Positions 17,944 to 28,652 are shown, counted from the first letter of the stretch. The stretch is 64,000 nt of DNA from an uncultured Actinomycetota bacterium (GCA_963824605.1 CAWGPZ010000006.1:72673-136672); one strand, 5' to 3'. A program made the numbers and translations. The notes: generated by a model from the letters alone, not told the origin.

Positions 17944-18816
17944 ATGGGTGAACCGGCCATCCGCACGGCAGGGCTGACCAAACACTTCGGCGACGTCGTG
18001 GCGCTCGACAATCTGACGCTCGACGTGCAGCAGGGCGAGATCTTCGGCTTTCTCGGTCCCAACGGCGCCGGAAAGAGCACGACGATCCGCCTGCTGCTCA
18101 GTTTGATCCGCCCGACCGCTGGCGAGGCCTGGGTCATGGGGATTCCGGTGGCCGACGTCGCGAAGGCCCACCGCCACGTCACGTACGTCCCCGGTGACGT
18201 CGCACTGTGGCCACAGCTGACCGGCACCGAGACCCTCGACCTGCTGGGCAACATCTCCGGCAACGTCGACTCGCCTTTCCGCGATGAGCTGATCGAACGA
18301 CTGCAGCTTGACCCCAGTAAACGGGTGCGGTCGTACTCGAAGGGCAACCGGCAGAAGATCGCTCTTGTCGCCGCCTTCATGACGCGCCCTGACGTGCTGC
18401 TGCTCGACGAGCCGACTGCCGGACTCGACCCGCTGATGGAGGACATCTTCCAGTCGCTCGCGCGCGAGGCAACCGGCCGCGGACAGACCATCTTCTTGTC
18501 GTCGCACATCCTCGACGAGGTCGAGGACCTCTGTCACCGCGTGGCCATCCTTCGTGAAGGGCAGCTGATCGAGGTGGCCACGCTGGATCAGCTTCAGGAG
18601 CTCGACACCACCGTGTTCGACATCGAGTTCGATGGGTCGCCACCGACGTTCGATGCGGTTGCGGGCGTGATCAAGGTGGAGTCGAACGGTGACGGCACGC
18701 GCGTCACCGTGAAGGGCTCGCCCGCACCGCTGCTGGCGGCGCTCGCGCCCCTGTCCGTCACTCACCTGCGGACGCACACCCCGTCGCTGGAAGAGATCTT
18801 CCTCAGCTACTACTGA
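17944..18816 (+). CDS. ABC transporter ATP-binding protein (ABC-2/DrrA-like)
   Basis: Internal ATG of ORF 17626..18816, giving MGEPAIRTAGLTKHFG. It has Walker A (GPNGAGKST), the signature (YSKGNRQK) and Walker B (LLLDEPTAGLD). Confidence 0.85.
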   Translation: MGEPAIRTAGLTKHFGDVVALDNLTLDVQQGEIFGFLGPNGAGKSTTIRLLLSLIRPTAGEAWVMGIPVADVAKAHRHVTYVPGDVALWPQLTGTETLDLLGNISGNVDSPFRDELIERLQLDPSKRVRSYSKGNRQKIALVAAFMTRPDVLLLDEPTAGLDPLMEDIFQSLAREATGRGQTIFLSSHILDEVEDLCHRVAILREGQLIEVATLDQLQELDTTVFDIEFDGSPPTFDAVAGVIKVESNGDGTRVTVKGSPAPLLAALAPLSVTHLRTHTPSLEEIFLSYY

Positions 18817-18829
18817 TCGGAGAGGTGAC

Positions 18830-20410
18830 GTGGCTGCCGTCCTGCGGTTGTTCGCCCGGCTCACCCGCCGGGGCATCGTGCTGCTGGCAGTGGGAGTTGT
18901 CGCCTACGTCCTCGTCGAGGCAGTCTCTTTCGTGCAGACGTACCCCGATGAAGCATCCCGCATGCGACTCTCGGAGTTCGGTGACCAGCCTGCGGTACGG
19001 ATGCTGCAGGGAATTCCCCACGCCGTGGAGACCGTCGGCGGCTTCGTGGTCTGGGACGGAGGGTGGTTTCTCCAGGCCATCATCGGCGTGTGGGCCATCC
19101 TGACGACCTCGCGGCTGCTCCGCGGCGAGGAGGACAGCGGGCGCGCTGAGTTCCCCCTGTCCGGTCCGGTCTCAGGCCTTCAGGTCGCCGCGTCGGCTCT
19201 GCTGACCGTCACGGCTGGATGCCTGGTTGCTGGGATTGCGGTGTTCGTGTCCATCGTGGTTCCGAGTGAGGATCTTCTCGGCTCGGCACTGTTCGCCCTT
19301 GGGGTGGCCGGGTTCGGAGTCGTCATGGCATCTGCCACCGCGGTGGCATCTCAGCTGCTCGGCGTCAGGCGTCAGGCCGCGGCCGTCGGGGCGGCGTTCC
19401 TGGGCATCGCATTCGTCCTACGCATGATCGCGAACAGCAGTGACGGCCGGTCGTGGGTCAGCTGGCTGTCGGTCTTCGGGTGGATGGACCGACTGCGGCC
19501 CTTCGGGGACAACAACGTCGGTGTCCTCGGCGTGTATCTCGCGGTCGCCGGTGTGCTGCTCGGTGTGGCCCTGGCGCTGCGGGCCCGCCGCGATCTCGGC
19601 GCGGCGGTGCTGGTCAGGGACGGCGACGTCCGTTCACGACCCCTGCTGCTGAAGTCCTCGATCCGGTTCGCCTGGCGCCTGACGTGGGGCACGCTCGTGG
19701 CCTGGGGAGTCGGGATCGCGGTGTACTCCTTCTTCATCGGGTCGCTGGTCAAGGCCATGGGAGAGGTGCTCGCCGACGATCCGGCGTACGAGCAGTACCT
19801 GGATCTGCTGGGCATGACCAAGGAGGACATCTCCCTCGGCATGGTGGCGGTCATGGCCGTTGTCACGGGGTTGATCATCAGTCTGTACGCGGCCTGGCGG
19901 ATCGGGGCCGTCCGCAACGAAGAGGACGCCGAGCGGGCCGAGCACCTGCTGACCAGGCCGCTCACCCGCGGGCGGTGGCTCGGCGGGCACCTGGTACTGG
20001 CGGTGGTGTCAGTCGTGCTGCTGGTCCTGCTGACCGGTACTGCGACCTGGGTGGGTGCGGCCGTCACGGGTGCGGACGTCAGCCTCCTCGACACGATCGA
20101 CGCCGGCGCCAACCTGCTGCCGGTCATCTTGCTCTTTGGAGGCTTGGCTGTGGCGATGTTCGGTCTGGCCCCCCGGCTGACGATCGGGGTCCCGGTCGGG
20201 GCAGTCGTGGTGGCCTACGTCCTGTCGTTCGTCGGTCCGGCGCTCGACCTGCCTGGCTGGGTGGTCGGGATCTCGCCCTTCTACCACGTGGCCCTGGTGC
20301 CGGTGAACGACTTCGCGCTGACGCAGGGCCTGATCATGATCGGGCTGGCCCTGGTCGCCACAGCTGTGGGATGGGTCGCCTTCCACCGCCGAGACCTCGT
20401 GGGTGCCTGA
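18830..20410 (+). CDS. ABC-2-type transporter permease (large, multi-TM)
   Basis: 526-aa hydrophobic ORF immediately downstream of the ATPase, with about 12 predicted TM stretches by eye. Confidence 0.7.
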   Translation: MAAVLRLFARLTRRGIVLLAVGVVAYVLVEAVSFVQTYPDEASRMRLSEFGDQPAVRMLQGIPHAVETVGGFVVWDGGWFLQAIIGVWAILTTSRLLRGEEDSGRAEFPLSGPVSGLQVAASALLTVTAGCLVAGIAVFVSIVVPSEDLLGSALFALGVAGFGVVMASATAVASQLLGVRRQAAAVGAAFLGIAFVLRMIANSSDGRSWVSWLSVFGWMDRLRPFGDNNVGVLGVYLAVAGVLLGVALALRARRDLGAAVLVRDGDVRSRPLLLKSSIRFAWRLTWGTLVAWGVGIAVYSFFIGSLVKAMGEVLADDPAYEQYLDLLGMTKEDISLGMVAVMAVVTGLIISLYAAWRIGAVRNEEDAERAEHLLTRPLTRGRWLGGHLVLAVVSVVLLVLLTGTATWVGAAVTGADVSLLDTIDAGANLLPVILLFGGLAVAMFGLAPRLTIGVPVGAVVVAYVLSFVGPALDLPGWVVGISPFYHVALVPVNDFALTQGLIMIGLALVATAVGWVAFHRRDLVGA

Positions 20411-20520
20411 CGGCGTCCGAGAACGCCGAGCAGCTGACATCGGCGGTCACCCGGCGAGATCTGCTGCCACTCGGACGCCCGATTCGGCCTCGCGGCCGGG
20501 TCCTGAGAGAATCTCGCCTT

Positions 20521-21834
20521 GTGACGTACCCCTTCGAGGCGCCGGCATCGGCCGACCTGTTCGCGCGCGCCCAGGCAGTGACTCCTGGCGGCGTCAACTC
20601 CCCCGTCCGCGCGTTTCGGGCCGTCGGCGGCACACCACGGTTCATGGTGCGTGGCGAGGGGCCCTACCTCTGGGACGCCGACGACCGCCAGTACGTCGAT
20701 CTCGTGTGCTCGTGGGGGCCGATGATCCTCGGCCACCGGCACCCTGCGGTCATGGAGGCCGTTGAGCAGGCCGTCAGCCGGGGGTTCACCTTCGGCACGC
20801 CAGGGCCGGGCGAGGTCGAGCTCGCCGAGCTGATCGTCGGCCGAACACCCGTTGAACAGGTGCGTCTGGTCTCCAGCGGCACCGAGGCAACGATGTCGGC
20901 GATTCGGCTGGCCCGCGGATTCACCGGTCGCGCCAAGGTCGTGAAGTTCGCCGGGTGCTACCACGGCCACGTCGACTCGTTGCTCGTTGCCGCCGGGTCG
21001 GGGGTTGCCACGTTCGGGCTGCCCGATACTCCTGGTGTCACGTCTGGCACCGCCGCCGACACGATTGTGCTGCCCTACAACGACGTTGCCGCACTCGAGA
21101 AGGTCTTCGCAGACGCCGGTGACGAGATCGCGTGCGTGATCACCGAGGCTGCCGCCGCCAACATGGGCGTTGTGCCACCGGCATCGGGGTTCAACGCCGC
21201 GATCGCTGACCTCTGTGCCGGCAACGGAGCTCTCTTCATCAGCGACGAAGTCATGACGGGGTTCCGGGCAAGCCGCTCGGGCTGGTTCGGGCTTGAACCA
21301 GTCACACCTGACCTCATGACCTTCGGCAAGGTGATGGGCGGTGGGCTCCCCGCTGCGGCCTTTGGTGGACGCGCCGACATCATGGCGCTCCTTGCACCGG
21401 TGGGAGCGGTGTACCAAGCAGGTACGCTCGCCGGAAATCCGATTGCTACAGCTGCGGGTGCGGCCACGCTCCGACAGCTCGTTGACGCTGTGTACACGAC
21501 GGTCGATCGGAGGTCGGCTGAGGTGTCACAAGCGGTTTCCACAGCACTTGCCGAGGCCGGCGTCGCACACCGCGTCCAGAGCGCCGGCTCGCTCTTCAGC
21601 GTCTTCTTCACCGAAGATGCCGTCACCGACTACGCGAGTGCGCAGACCCAGGAAGCTTTTCGCTACAAGGCGTTCTTCCACTCCATGCTCAGCCAAGGCG
21701 TGTACCTGCCCCCGTCAGCGTTCGAGGCGTGGTTCCTCAGCGCCGCCCACGATGATGCGGCCATTTCACGGGTCGTCGAAGCTCTGCCCGCCGCCGCTGC
21801 AGCCGCCGCGTCCGCAACCTCGGAGACCGCATGA
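20521..21834 (+). CDS. hemL: Glutamate-1-semialdehyde 2,1-aminomutase
   Basis: Internal GTG of ORF 19453..21834, giving [32 protein letters not shown]. It has the PLP-lysine region [11 protein letters not shown]. Confidence 0.9.
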   Translation: MTYPFEAPASADLFARAQAVTPGGVNSPVRAFRAVGGTPRFMVRGEGPYLWDADDRQYVDLVCSWGPMILGHRHPAVMEAVEQAVSRGFTFGTPGPGEVELAELIVGRTPVEQVRLVSSGTEATMSAIRLARGFTGRAKVVKFAGCYHGHVDSLLVAAGSGVATFGLPDTPGVTSGTAADTIVLPYNDVAALEKVFADAGDEIACVITEAAAANMGVVPPASGFNAAIADLCAGNGALFISDEVMTGFRASRSGWFGLEPVTPDLMTFGKVMGGGLPAAAFGGRADIMALLAPVGAVYQAGTLAGNPIATAAGAATLRQLVDAVYTTVDRRSAEVSQAVSTALAEAGVAHRVQSAGSLFSVFFTEDAVTDYASAQTQEAFRYKAFFHSMLSQGVYLPPSAFEAWFLSAAHDDAAISRVVEALPAAAAAAASATSETA

Positions 21835-22478
21835 CCGAGCACACCGTTGTCCACCTGCTTAGGCACGGTGAGGTCCACAACCCCGAAGGCGTGCTCTATG
21901 GGCGCCTTCCTGGCTATCAGCTCTCTGAGCTCGGACGCGCCATGGCCCAACGGGTCGCCGACCACCTCGCTGACGCCGACATCGCGCATGTCGGTGCATC
22001 GCCACTTGAGCGCGCGCAGGAGACCGCGCAGCCGATTGCCAAGGCCCATGACTTGTCGATCGCTGTTGACGGGCGCCTGATCGAGGCCGACAACGTGTTT
22101 GAGGGCCTGACGTTCGGCGTCGGCGACGGTGCGCTCACCCGTCCACAGCACTGGAAGCACCTCCGCAATCCATTCCGCCCGTCGTGGGGAGAGCCCTACC
22201 GGGCCCAAGCGCTACGCATGATGGCGGCCATGGCGACGGCCCGCGATGCGGCGCGTGGTCACGAGGCCTTGCTCGTCAGCCACCAGCTGCCGATCTGGAC
22301 AACCCGCACCCACGTCGAGGGACGCCGACTTTGGCACGACCCTCGCAACCGAGAGTGCTCCTTGGCCAGCCTTACCTCGTTCACCTACCGCGGCGACGAC
22401 ATCGTGGCGGTCGCATACACCGAGCCCGCGCGCGACCTGCTGCCGGCGTCGGTGAAGAAGCAGAAGTCTGGTGCGTAG
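21831..22478 (+). CDS. Histidine phosphatase (phosphoglycerate mutase-like) family protein
   Basis: 215-aa ORF with the RHG motif ([12 protein letters not shown]). It occupies the conserved position after hemL (Rv0525-like). Confidence 0.8.
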   Translation: MTEHTVVHLLRHGEVHNPEGVLYGRLPGYQLSELGRAMAQRVADHLADADIAHVGASPLERAQETAQPIAKAHDLSIAVDGRLIEADNVFEGLTFGVGDGALTRPQHWKHLRNPFRPSWGEPYRAQALRMMAAMATARDAARGHEALLVSHQLPIWTTRTHVEGRRLWHDPRNRECSLASLTSFTYRGDDIVAVAYTEPARDLLPASVKKQKSGA

Positions 22479-23067
22479 CGTGCCTTTGCCGCGGGGAGGC
22501 TGGGCGACCATGGCTCTCGTCGCGCCGCTGCTCCTCACACTGGCCGGATGTACCGGAGGCGCGGCCGACGTCGAGTCGGGCGGTGGGCAGGGCTTCGTGT
22601 CGGGTGACGGCTCTGCGCAGGTGATTGATCCCAGCGACCGGGTCGCAGTTGGCGACGTATCGGGGACGACTCTCGAAGGTGACCCGTTGTCGCTGGACGA
22701 TTTCGCCGGCGACGTGGTCGTGATGAACGTGTGGGGGTCGTGGTGCGCTCCTTGCCGTGCTGAGGCGCCGGCGCTGCAGCAGGTGTCAGTCGACACCGAG
22801 AACGATGGCGTGCAGTTTGTGGGAATCAACACCCGCGACCAGGAAGCCGCCGCGATCGCCTTCGAGAAGAACTTCGGGATCACCTACCCGAGCCTGGTCG
22901 ACAGGAGTGGCGAGCTGCAGCTGGCTTTCCGCGAATCCTTGCCGGCCAACTCGATTCCCTCGACCTTGGTGATCGATCGGGACGGCCGAGTTGCTGCCCG
23001 AGTGCTCGGCGCCACTACCTACTCGCAGCTGACTGATCTCGTCGACCAAGTCGCATCGGAGCGCTGA
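22471..23067 (+). CDS. TlpA/ResA-type thiol:disulfide oxidoreductase lipoprotein (cytochrome c maturation)
   Basis: 198-aa ORF with a lipobox (LTLAGC) and a thioredoxin CxxC motif ([13 protein letters not shown]). Confidence 0.85.
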   Translation: MRSVPLPRGGWATMALVAPLLLTLAGCTGGAADVESGGGQGFVSGDGSAQVIDPSDRVAVGDVSGTTLEGDPLSLDDFAGDVVVMNVWGSWCAPCRAEAPALQQVSVDTENDGVQFVGINTRDQEAAAIAFEKNFGITYPSLVDRSGELQLAFRESLPANSIPSTLVIDRDGRVAARVLGATTYSQLTDLVDQVASER

Positions 23068-23825
23068 TGCCGTCGGCGCTGCTGCTCGACCCGGCCGAGA
23101 CTGTCGTCGGCGGCTCGCTCGTCCTGGCTGCGGTGTTTGCCTTCGCCGCCGGGGTGGTCTCGTTCGCCTCGCCCTGTGTGCTGCCTCTCGTTCCTGCCTA
23201 TCTCTCGTACGTCACGGGGATGGTGGGAATCGATCTCGGCGAGGCCAAACGCGGACGCCTTCTGCTCGGGACTGCGCTCTTCATCGGCGGGTTCACCGTG
23301 GTTTTCGTGTCGTACGGCGCACTCTTCGGCGGACTCGGCTCAGTGTTGATCGAGTACACCGACGTCATCACTCGAGTGCTCGGCGTCTTCACGATCGTCT
23401 TTGGTCTGGCGTTCATGGGCCTGATCCCATGGCTCAACCGTTCGTGGAACCCCACTCAGAACACGTCCATGGGTCTGGTCGGCGCCCCACTGCTCGGAGT
23501 GCTTTTCGGGATTGGCTGGACGCCCTGCATCGGACCCACACTCGCTGCTGTGCAGACGTTGGCCATCGACTCAGCGAGCGCCGGACGAGGTGCCGCTCTC
23601 GCCGCTGTGTACTGCCTCGGGCTGGGCCTGCCGTTCTTGCTCGTCGCGTTTGCGTTCCGCAAGGCCTTTGGGGCGATGAACTGGATGAAGCGGCACTACA
23701 CGCTGCTGATTCGTATCGGCGGAGGCATGCTCGTCCTTCTCGGCGTGCTGATGGTGAGTGGCGCGTGGGCCGATCTATCGATCCAGATGCGCATCTGGAC
23801 CGCCAACTTTGGGGTGCCGTTCTAG
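23067..23825 (+). CDS. ccdA: Cytochrome c biogenesis protein CcdA (thiol-disulfide transporter)
   Basis: 252-aa membrane ORF with the two conserved Cys motifs, [16 protein letters not shown] and [10 protein letters not shown]. Confidence 0.85.
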   Translation: MPSALLLDPAETVVGGSLVLAAVFAFAAGVVSFASPCVLPLVPAYLSYVTGMVGIDLGEAKRGRLLLGTALFIGGFTVVFVSYGALFGGLGSVLIEYTDVITRVLGVFTIVFGLAFMGLIPWLNRSWNPTQNTSMGLVGAPLLGVLFGIGWTPCIGPTLAAVQTLAIDSASAGRGAALAAVYCLGLGLPFLLVAFAFRKAFGAMNWMKRHYTLLIRIGGGMLVLLGVLMVSGAWADLSIQMRIWTANFGVPF

Positions 23826-23858
23826 TGAGATGCATACGCCAGCGAGACAGGACGTGAC

Positions 23859-24440
23859 GTGATGGGGTTTCAGATCGCCAACGAGCCAGCTGCCGATCAG
23901 GTACTTGACGACTACCCGTTCGCCGTTGTGATCGGGATGATGCTGGACCAGCAGTACGGAATGGAGCACGCCTTCAGAGGCGGGTGGAAGGTCCTCAGTC
24001 GATTCGGCTCGCTCGACCCCAGCGACATCGCAGCTGCTGACCCCGACGAGTTCAAGCGGCTGTGCAGCCAGCCACCGGCGATCCACAGGTTCCCCGGTTC
24101 GATGGCTGCCCGGTTGCAGCAGCTCGCTGCGCTCGTCGAGTCGGAGTACGACGGTGACGTGACCCGGTTGTGGAGCGAGGCGAAGACCGGCAAGGAGCTC
24201 CTCACACGCGTTCAGGAGCTGCCGGGCTTCGGCAAGCAGAAGGCCCAGATCTTCGTCGCTCTGCTCGCCAAACAGCTCGGCGTCCGACCCACGGGCTGGA
24301 AGACGGTCGCTGGCGACTACGCATTGAAGGGCTACCGATCGGTTGCCGACGTCAAAGGCGCCGAGTCGCTTGTGAAAGTTCGCGAGTACAAGCAGCAACA
24401 GAAGAGGGCGGCCTCTGGCGGCTCGGTGGATCGTCCCTGA
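23859..24440 (+). CDS. HhH-GPD-type base excision DNA repair family protein
   Basis: 193-aa ORF with the family-typical motifs MLDQQYGMEHAF, IHRFPGSMAARLQ and LPGFGKQKAQIF. Confidence 0.7.
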   Translation: MMGFQIANEPAADQVLDDYPFAVVIGMMLDQQYGMEHAFRGGWKVLSRFGSLDPSDIAAADPDEFKRLCSQPPAIHRFPGSMAARLQQLAALVESEYDGDVTRLWSEAKTGKELLTRVQELPGFGKQKAQIFVALLAKQLGVRPTGWKTVAGDYALKGYRSVADVKGAESLVKVREYKQQQKRAASGGSVDRP

Positions 24441-26038
24441 TGCCCGCTGACGTCATCGACGCGCTCGCCGACCCCGAGCCGGCGTCCGCCCCCGTTCAGC
24501 AACCATCGTTGGGTTTCATCGGTGGGCTGCGCTGGATGTGGCGCCAGCTGACGTCCATGCGGACTGCGTTGATCTTGCTCTTCCTGCTCGCGCTTGCGGC
24601 GGTACCTGGCTCGGTGTTTCCGCAGCGGGGCGTGTCTCCGCTGCGGGTGGGCGAGTACATCCAGGACAACCCGACCGCTGGTGAGTGGCTCGACAGACTG
24701 GGCCTCTTCGACGTCTACGCGGCTCCGTGGTTCGCGGCGATCTACCTGCTTCTCATGGTGTCGTTGACCGGCTGCATCGTGCCGCGCTGCCTTCACTACG
24801 CGCGCAACCTGCGCGCAGTTCCGCCGCCGACGCCGCGCAACCTCTCACGCATGCCCGAGCACCGCACGTACACCTGTGATGCGTCGGAGCAGGAGGTTAC
24901 CGATGCGGCCGTCAATGCTCTTCGTGGTGCACGCTTCCGCTTGCGGCCGGCCGCCGCGTCCGAACCCACGAATGCTGTGGCCGCGGAGAAGGGCTATCTG
25001 CACGAGCTCGGCAACCTGGTGTTCCACGTGTCGCTGCTCACGCTTCTCGTCGGCGTCGCGTGGGGGTCATGGTTCGGCTACCGCGGCACCATCGTGGTGG
25101 TCGAGGGCGAGGGCTTTGCCAACACGCTGACGCAGTACGACGACTTCACCCCTGGCCGGGGGTTCTCGCCGAACGCGATGGCCCCTTTCTCGTTCACGCT
25201 CGATGCGTTCGACGCGACCTTCTTGGCAGACGGTCCGAATCGGGGCCAGCCTGACACCTTCACCGCTGATGTCACGTTCCGAGAGACCCCGGACTCAGAG
25301 CCTCGGACTCAGCAGATCGAGGTCAACAAGCCGCTGGTGGTCGACGGGGGCAAGGTGTTCCTGCTCGGCAGTGGCTACGCCCCCGTGTTCACGGTGCGCG
25401 ACGGCAACGGCGACGTCGCGTTCTCTGGCGCGATCCCTGCGCTGCCGAAGGATCCGTCGTTCACGTCGGACACAGTCGTGAAGGTGCCGGACGCCCAACC
25501 AGAGCAGCTCGGGTTCAACGTCACGGTCACTCCGACGGCACCCGATCGCGTCGACCCGGCCACGGGCCCGCGTTCGATCTTTCCGGAGATGGACAACCCT
25601 CGGGTGTACCTCGGGGCATGGGCCGGAGACCTGGGTCTCGACGGCGGTACCCCGCAGAACGTGTACCAGCTGGACACGTCGGCGATGGAGCAGATCGGCC
25701 GTGAGGACCTCGGGGTCGGCGAGACCTGGGATCTGCCTGACGACCGCGGGTCGATCACCTTCGACGGGCTCTCCCAGTTCGCCAACGTCCAGGTGGCCCA
25801 CGACCCCGGTCGTTGGCTGGCCCTTGTGTCGGCCGTGGCGGCCATGATCGGGATCTCGCTGTCGCTGGTGGTCCGCCGTCGCAGAGTGTGGGTGCGCGTG
25901 ACGCCGGACCATGCGGGACGTACCCTCGTCGAAGTCGCCGGTTTGGCCCAGACGGAATGGGCATCCCTCGGCGCTGAGGTGGACGCCGTCACGGCTGCTC
26001 TTCCTGGGGCGCCGTCGGTCGAAGAGGAGAAAGTGTGA
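24440..26038 (+). CDS. resB: Cytochrome c biogenesis protein ResB (System II, CcsB N-terminal partner)
   Basis: Internal ATG of ORF 24170..26038, giving MPADVIDAL..LRWMWRQLTSMRTALILLFLLA. It has a large extracytoplasmic domain and a C-terminal TM helix. Confidence 0.85.
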   Translation: MPADVIDALADPEPASAPVQQPSLGFIGGLRWMWRQLTSMRTALILLFLLALAAVPGSVFPQRGVSPLRVGEYIQDNPTAGEWLDRLGLFDVYAAPWFAAIYLLLMVSLTGCIVPRCLHYARNLRAVPPPTPRNLSRMPEHRTYTCDASEQEVTDAAVNALRGARFRLRPAAASEPTNAVAAEKGYLHELGNLVFHVSLLTLLVGVAWGSWFGYRGTIVVVEGEGFANTLTQYDDFTPGRGFSPNAMAPFSFTLDAFDATFLADGPNRGQPDTFTADVTFRETPDSEPRTQQIEVNKPLVVDGGKVFLLGSGYAPVFTVRDGNGDVAFSGAIPALPKDPSFTSDTVVKVPDAQPEQLGFNVTVTPTAPDRVDPATGPRSIFPEMDNPRVYLGAWAGDLGLDGGTPQNVYQLDTSAMEQIGREDLGVGETWDLPDDRGSITFDGLSQFANVQVAHDPGRWLALVSAVAAMIGISLSLVVRRRRVWVRVTPDHAGRTLVEVAGLAQTEWASLGAEVDAVTAALPGAPSVEEEKV

Positions 26039-27015
26039 GCAGCCAGACCTGGGCCCACGTCAGCAACGCGCTGGTCTACAGCACGATCATCGTTCTCTCG
26101 GTGGCATTGGTGGCGTTCGCCGCCGACTTCGCCATGGGAACCGGTCGCCAGCGCGCCGAACAACGCAGGAAGCGCAAGGCGGTCGGGCAGCGACAGGGCG
26201 CGTCCGGCGCCGTGATCACTGAAGACGCCCCTCCTGAGCTGCCGGCCGACCAGCGGTGGGCCCGCGTCGGGGTGTCGCTGAGCACGCTGGCGACAGTGCT
26301 CATCGTCGGGGCCGTGATCGCACGCGGGATCTCGGCCCAGCGTCCCCCCTGGGGAAACATGTACGAGTTCACGGTCACGGCCGTGGCCACACTGATGGTG
26401 ATCTGGGTGGCGATGCTGCCTCGGCGTCCCGAATGGCGCGACCTCGGCCTGATCGTGGTGCTCTTCAACCTGCTCCTGCTGGGTGTGGCCGTCCTCGTGC
26501 TCTACACCGAGTCGGCTGAACTGGTGCCGGCCCTCAAGTCGTACTGGCTCTGGATCCACGTCACGTCGGCGATCATCGCCAGTTCGGTCTTCACCGTCGG
26601 TTCGCTCGCTTCGGTGCTCTATCTGTTCTCCGAGCGGTACGAGCGTCGGGCTGCTGCCCTCACACTCGGCGGCGTCCGCGACGCCGTCGGTGCACGTTTG
26701 CCCGCGTCGAAGCAGCTCGACACTCTGGCGTACAAGACCATCGCCTTTGCCTTCCCGCTCTGGTTCTTTGCCGTGGTGGCCGGAGCGGTATGGGCCGAAG
26801 ACGCCTGGGGTCGGTACTGGGGATGGGATCCCAAGGAGACCTGGTCGTTCGTCACACTGGTGATCTACGCCGCGTACCTGCACGCACGGGCAACTGCCGG
26901 ATGGCGGGGGCGTCCGGCCGCGATCATTGCGATCGTGGGGCTTGCGGCGTTCTTGTTCAGCTACTTCGGCGTGAACATCTTCTTCGTGGGGTTCCACTCG
27001 TACGGCGGAGTCTGA
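26035..27015 (+). CDS. ccsB: c-type cytochrome biogenesis protein CcsB/ResC (heme handling)
   Basis: 326-aa membrane ORF with a WWD-type Trp-rich motif (WAEDAWGRYWGWDPKETW) and conserved His residues. Confidence 0.9.
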   Translation: MSSQTWAHVSNALVYSTIIVLSVALVAFAADFAMGTGRQRAEQRRKRKAVGQRQGASGAVITEDAPPELPADQRWARVGVSLSTLATVLIVGAVIARGISAQRPPWGNMYEFTVTAVATLMVIWVAMLPRRPEWRDLGLIVVLFNLLLLGVAVLVLYTESAELVPALKSYWLWIHVTSAIIASSVFTVGSLASVLYLFSERYERRAAALTLGGVRDAVGARLPASKQLDTLAYKTIAFAFPLWFFAVVAGAVWAEDAWGRYWGWDPKETWSFVTLVIYAAYLHARATAGWRGRPAAIIAIVGLAAFLFSYFGVNIFFVGFHSYGGV

Positions 27016-27031
27016 CCGGGCAGCGTGACGC

Positions 27032-27244
27032 TCAGGACGTCGGTGGATCGTCGGTCTGCTCGCGACGCTGTTTCTCCCACAGCTGGCTGTCGAGGTCGCG
27101 CAGGAACGTCGGGTCGTCATCTGGTGCGACTGGCCGGCGCCCGAAGGTGCGGCCGCCACCTCCATCGCCACGACGCTGGATCATGCGAACCATGAGGTAG
27201 ATGACGATGCCCAGGAGCGCGATGAAGAGGAGCACTCGTGGCAT
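27032..27244 (-). CDS. Small single-TM membrane protein (70 aa, hypothetical)
   Basis: Internal ATG of ORF 27032..27370, giving MPRVLLFIALLGIVIYLMVRMIQRR. AGGAGG lies 8 nt upstream of this ATG. Confidence 0.5.
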   Translation of the reverse strand: MPRVLLFIALLGIVIYLMVRMIQRRGDGGGGRTFGRRPVAPDDDPTFLRDLDSQLWEKQRREQTDDPPTS

Positions 27245-27489
27245 GACCACCACCTCCTGTCGGTCGCAAGGGTGCGCCCGGCTGCGCCCCCTGCCCAGCC
27301 AGGGTAACTGCCGCCGTGCCGTCCCGCAGTCGCAGGTCGGCGCCCCAGAATTCACAACACCCCCGGACACCGAGCGAAGGCTGCGGCGGCGGGGGTGCCG
27401 GGGGTTCTCGAGGAGGCCCCCGAGACCCTCTTGGCGGCTACTTGAGGGGACGCCGCGGAAGAGGGGTCATAGTGTCTGTGATGTCAGCG

Positions 27490-27624
27490 TCAGAGGGTGC
27501 GACCCATGAGGGCCTTCCGCATGCGCTTGAACGTGGTCGGGCTGTGGTGACGATTCCGCAGCCGGTCCGCTTCAAGCTCAAGCACGCGAACATGGGCGCG
27601 AGCGATCTCGACTGAGGGGACCAT
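27490..27624 (-). CDS. Possible 44-aa small basic protein (hypothetical)
   Basis: My translation gives MVPSVEIARAHVRVLELEADRLRNRHHSPTTFKRMRKALMGRTL. GGAG lies about 9 nt upstream of the ATG. It is divergent from the Lrp gene across an AT-rich spacer, and third-position G+C is moderately high. Confidence 0.35.
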   Translation of the reverse strand: MVPSVEIARAHVRVLELEADRLRNRHHSPTTFKRMRKALMGRTL

Positions 27625-27680
27625 GATTCTCAACTCCGTGTACTTTCTCTTCGATTCGAGGCCCTGATGACCTCGATGGC

Positions 27681-27686
27681 TATAAT
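27681..27686 (+). promoter_or_regulatory. Candidate -10 box (TATAAT) for the Lrp/AsnC gene
   Basis: A perfect TATAAT lies in an unusually AT-rich 120-bp spacer about 60 bp upstream of the lrp start. The -35 region is weak (TTCGAG-like). Confidence 0.3.
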
Positions 27687-27744
27687 ACTAAGGTTAACAC
27701 CGGCAGTTGTCCAATGAATACTAGCCGACAGAGGGGTTAACGCC

Positions 27745-28293
27745 TTGCAAAGGGAAAATAGTCCCGGAACCGCGACCGACTCTTCGGAAACGGGGACAAT
27801 TCCGGCAGTTGGGCGGGGTGCCCGCCGCAAAGACTCGCTGGACGCCGTCGACCGCACGATCCTGTCCGCGCTGCGGGCCAACGCCCGGATCCCGTACGCG
27901 GACCTCGCCCGGCTCGTCGGGCTCTCCGGCCCCAGCGTGGCCGACCGGGTCAAGCGACTCGAGCAGCTCGGTGTGATCACCGGCTACCACGCGGCGCTGG
28001 CGCCGTCCGCCCTCGGGCTCGGCGTGGTCGCCATCGTGGGCATCGAACAGGCCGACGACGCCGACCAGGATGCGATCGCCGAGTCGTTCCCGGACCTGCA
28101 GGAGATCGAGGACTGCTGGTTCGTGGCTGGCGACGAGTCGTTCATCGTCAAGGTGCGGGTGGCCGACATCGATGCCCTCGAGAAGTCGCTGGGTCGTCTG
28201 CGCAAGATCCCCGGGGTCTCGCGCACGCACACCACCGTCGTACTCTCGACTCGGTTCGAAGGACGAGCCGCACTGCCCCTCGAAGGAGACTGA
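27745..28293 (+). CDS. Lrp/AsnC family transcriptional regulator
   Basis: 182-aa ORF with an HTH (LDAVDRTILSALRANARIPYADLARLVGLSGPSVADRVKRLE) and a RAM/AsnC_trans_reg C-terminal domain. Confidence 0.85.
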   Translation: MQRENSPGTATDSSETGTIPAVGRGARRKDSLDAVDRTILSALRANARIPYADLARLVGLSGPSVADRVKRLEQLGVITGYHAALAPSALGLGVVAIVGIEQADDADQDAIAESFPDLQEIEDCWFVAGDESFIVKVRVADIDALEKSLGRLRKIPGVSRTHTTVVLSTRFEGRAALPLEGD

Positions 28294-28295
28294 GC

Positions 28296-28652
28296 GTGAG
28301 CGACACCGCGCCGGAGCCTGTGCCTGCTGACGAGTCGGCCACGCCCTTTGAGGAATCCTGGGTCTCCCGGCATCCGATGGCTGCGTACTCGCTGGGACGC
28401 TTGGTGCTCTTTGCCGTCCCGTTCGCGATCTTGTACTTCTTCGCCGACTTCTTCACGGCGCTTCTGGTGGCCTTTCTCGTCTCGGCGGTTGCCAGCATCT
28501 TCTTGCTCCGCAAGCAGCGAGAGGCGATGTCGGCCTCGATCGCGACGCGCGCCGCCCGCGCCAACGCAAAGATGGCCGAGCGTTCGGCCGTTGAAGACTC
28601 GTGGGACGAAGCCGAACGCGAACCGGACCCGTCAGACGGACGCGCCGACTGA
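28296..28652 (+). CDS. DUF4229-family small membrane protein
   Basis: 118-aa ORF with two TM helices (YSLGRLVLFAVPFAILYFF..LLVAFLVSAVASIFLL) followed by RKQRE. Confidence 0.7.
   Translation: MSDTAPEPVPADESATPFEESWVSRHPMAAYSLGRLVLFAVPFAILYFFADFFTALLVAFLVSAVASIFLLRKQREAMSASIATRAARANAKMAERSAVEDSWDEAEREPDPSDGRAD

Noticed and set aside
19453-20520. Long 5-prime extensions of real genes in the ORF track: hemL from 19453, fadD-like from 9398, the ABC ATPase from 17626, resB from 24170, hemB from 16585, menB from 32728, nuoC from 62767 and proX from 48792.
   Set aside because: The extensions overlap upstream genes in other frames and translate to Arg/Pro-rich nonsense. Conserved N-termini begin at internal ATG or GTG codons with plausible spacing from upstream stops.
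27316-27615. 99-aa plus-strand ORF in the ccsB-lrp intergenic region.
   Set aside because: The translation is Gly/Arg-rich with no motif and poor codon bias. The opposite strand carries a better small ORF with a Shine-Dalgarno sequence (27490..27624).
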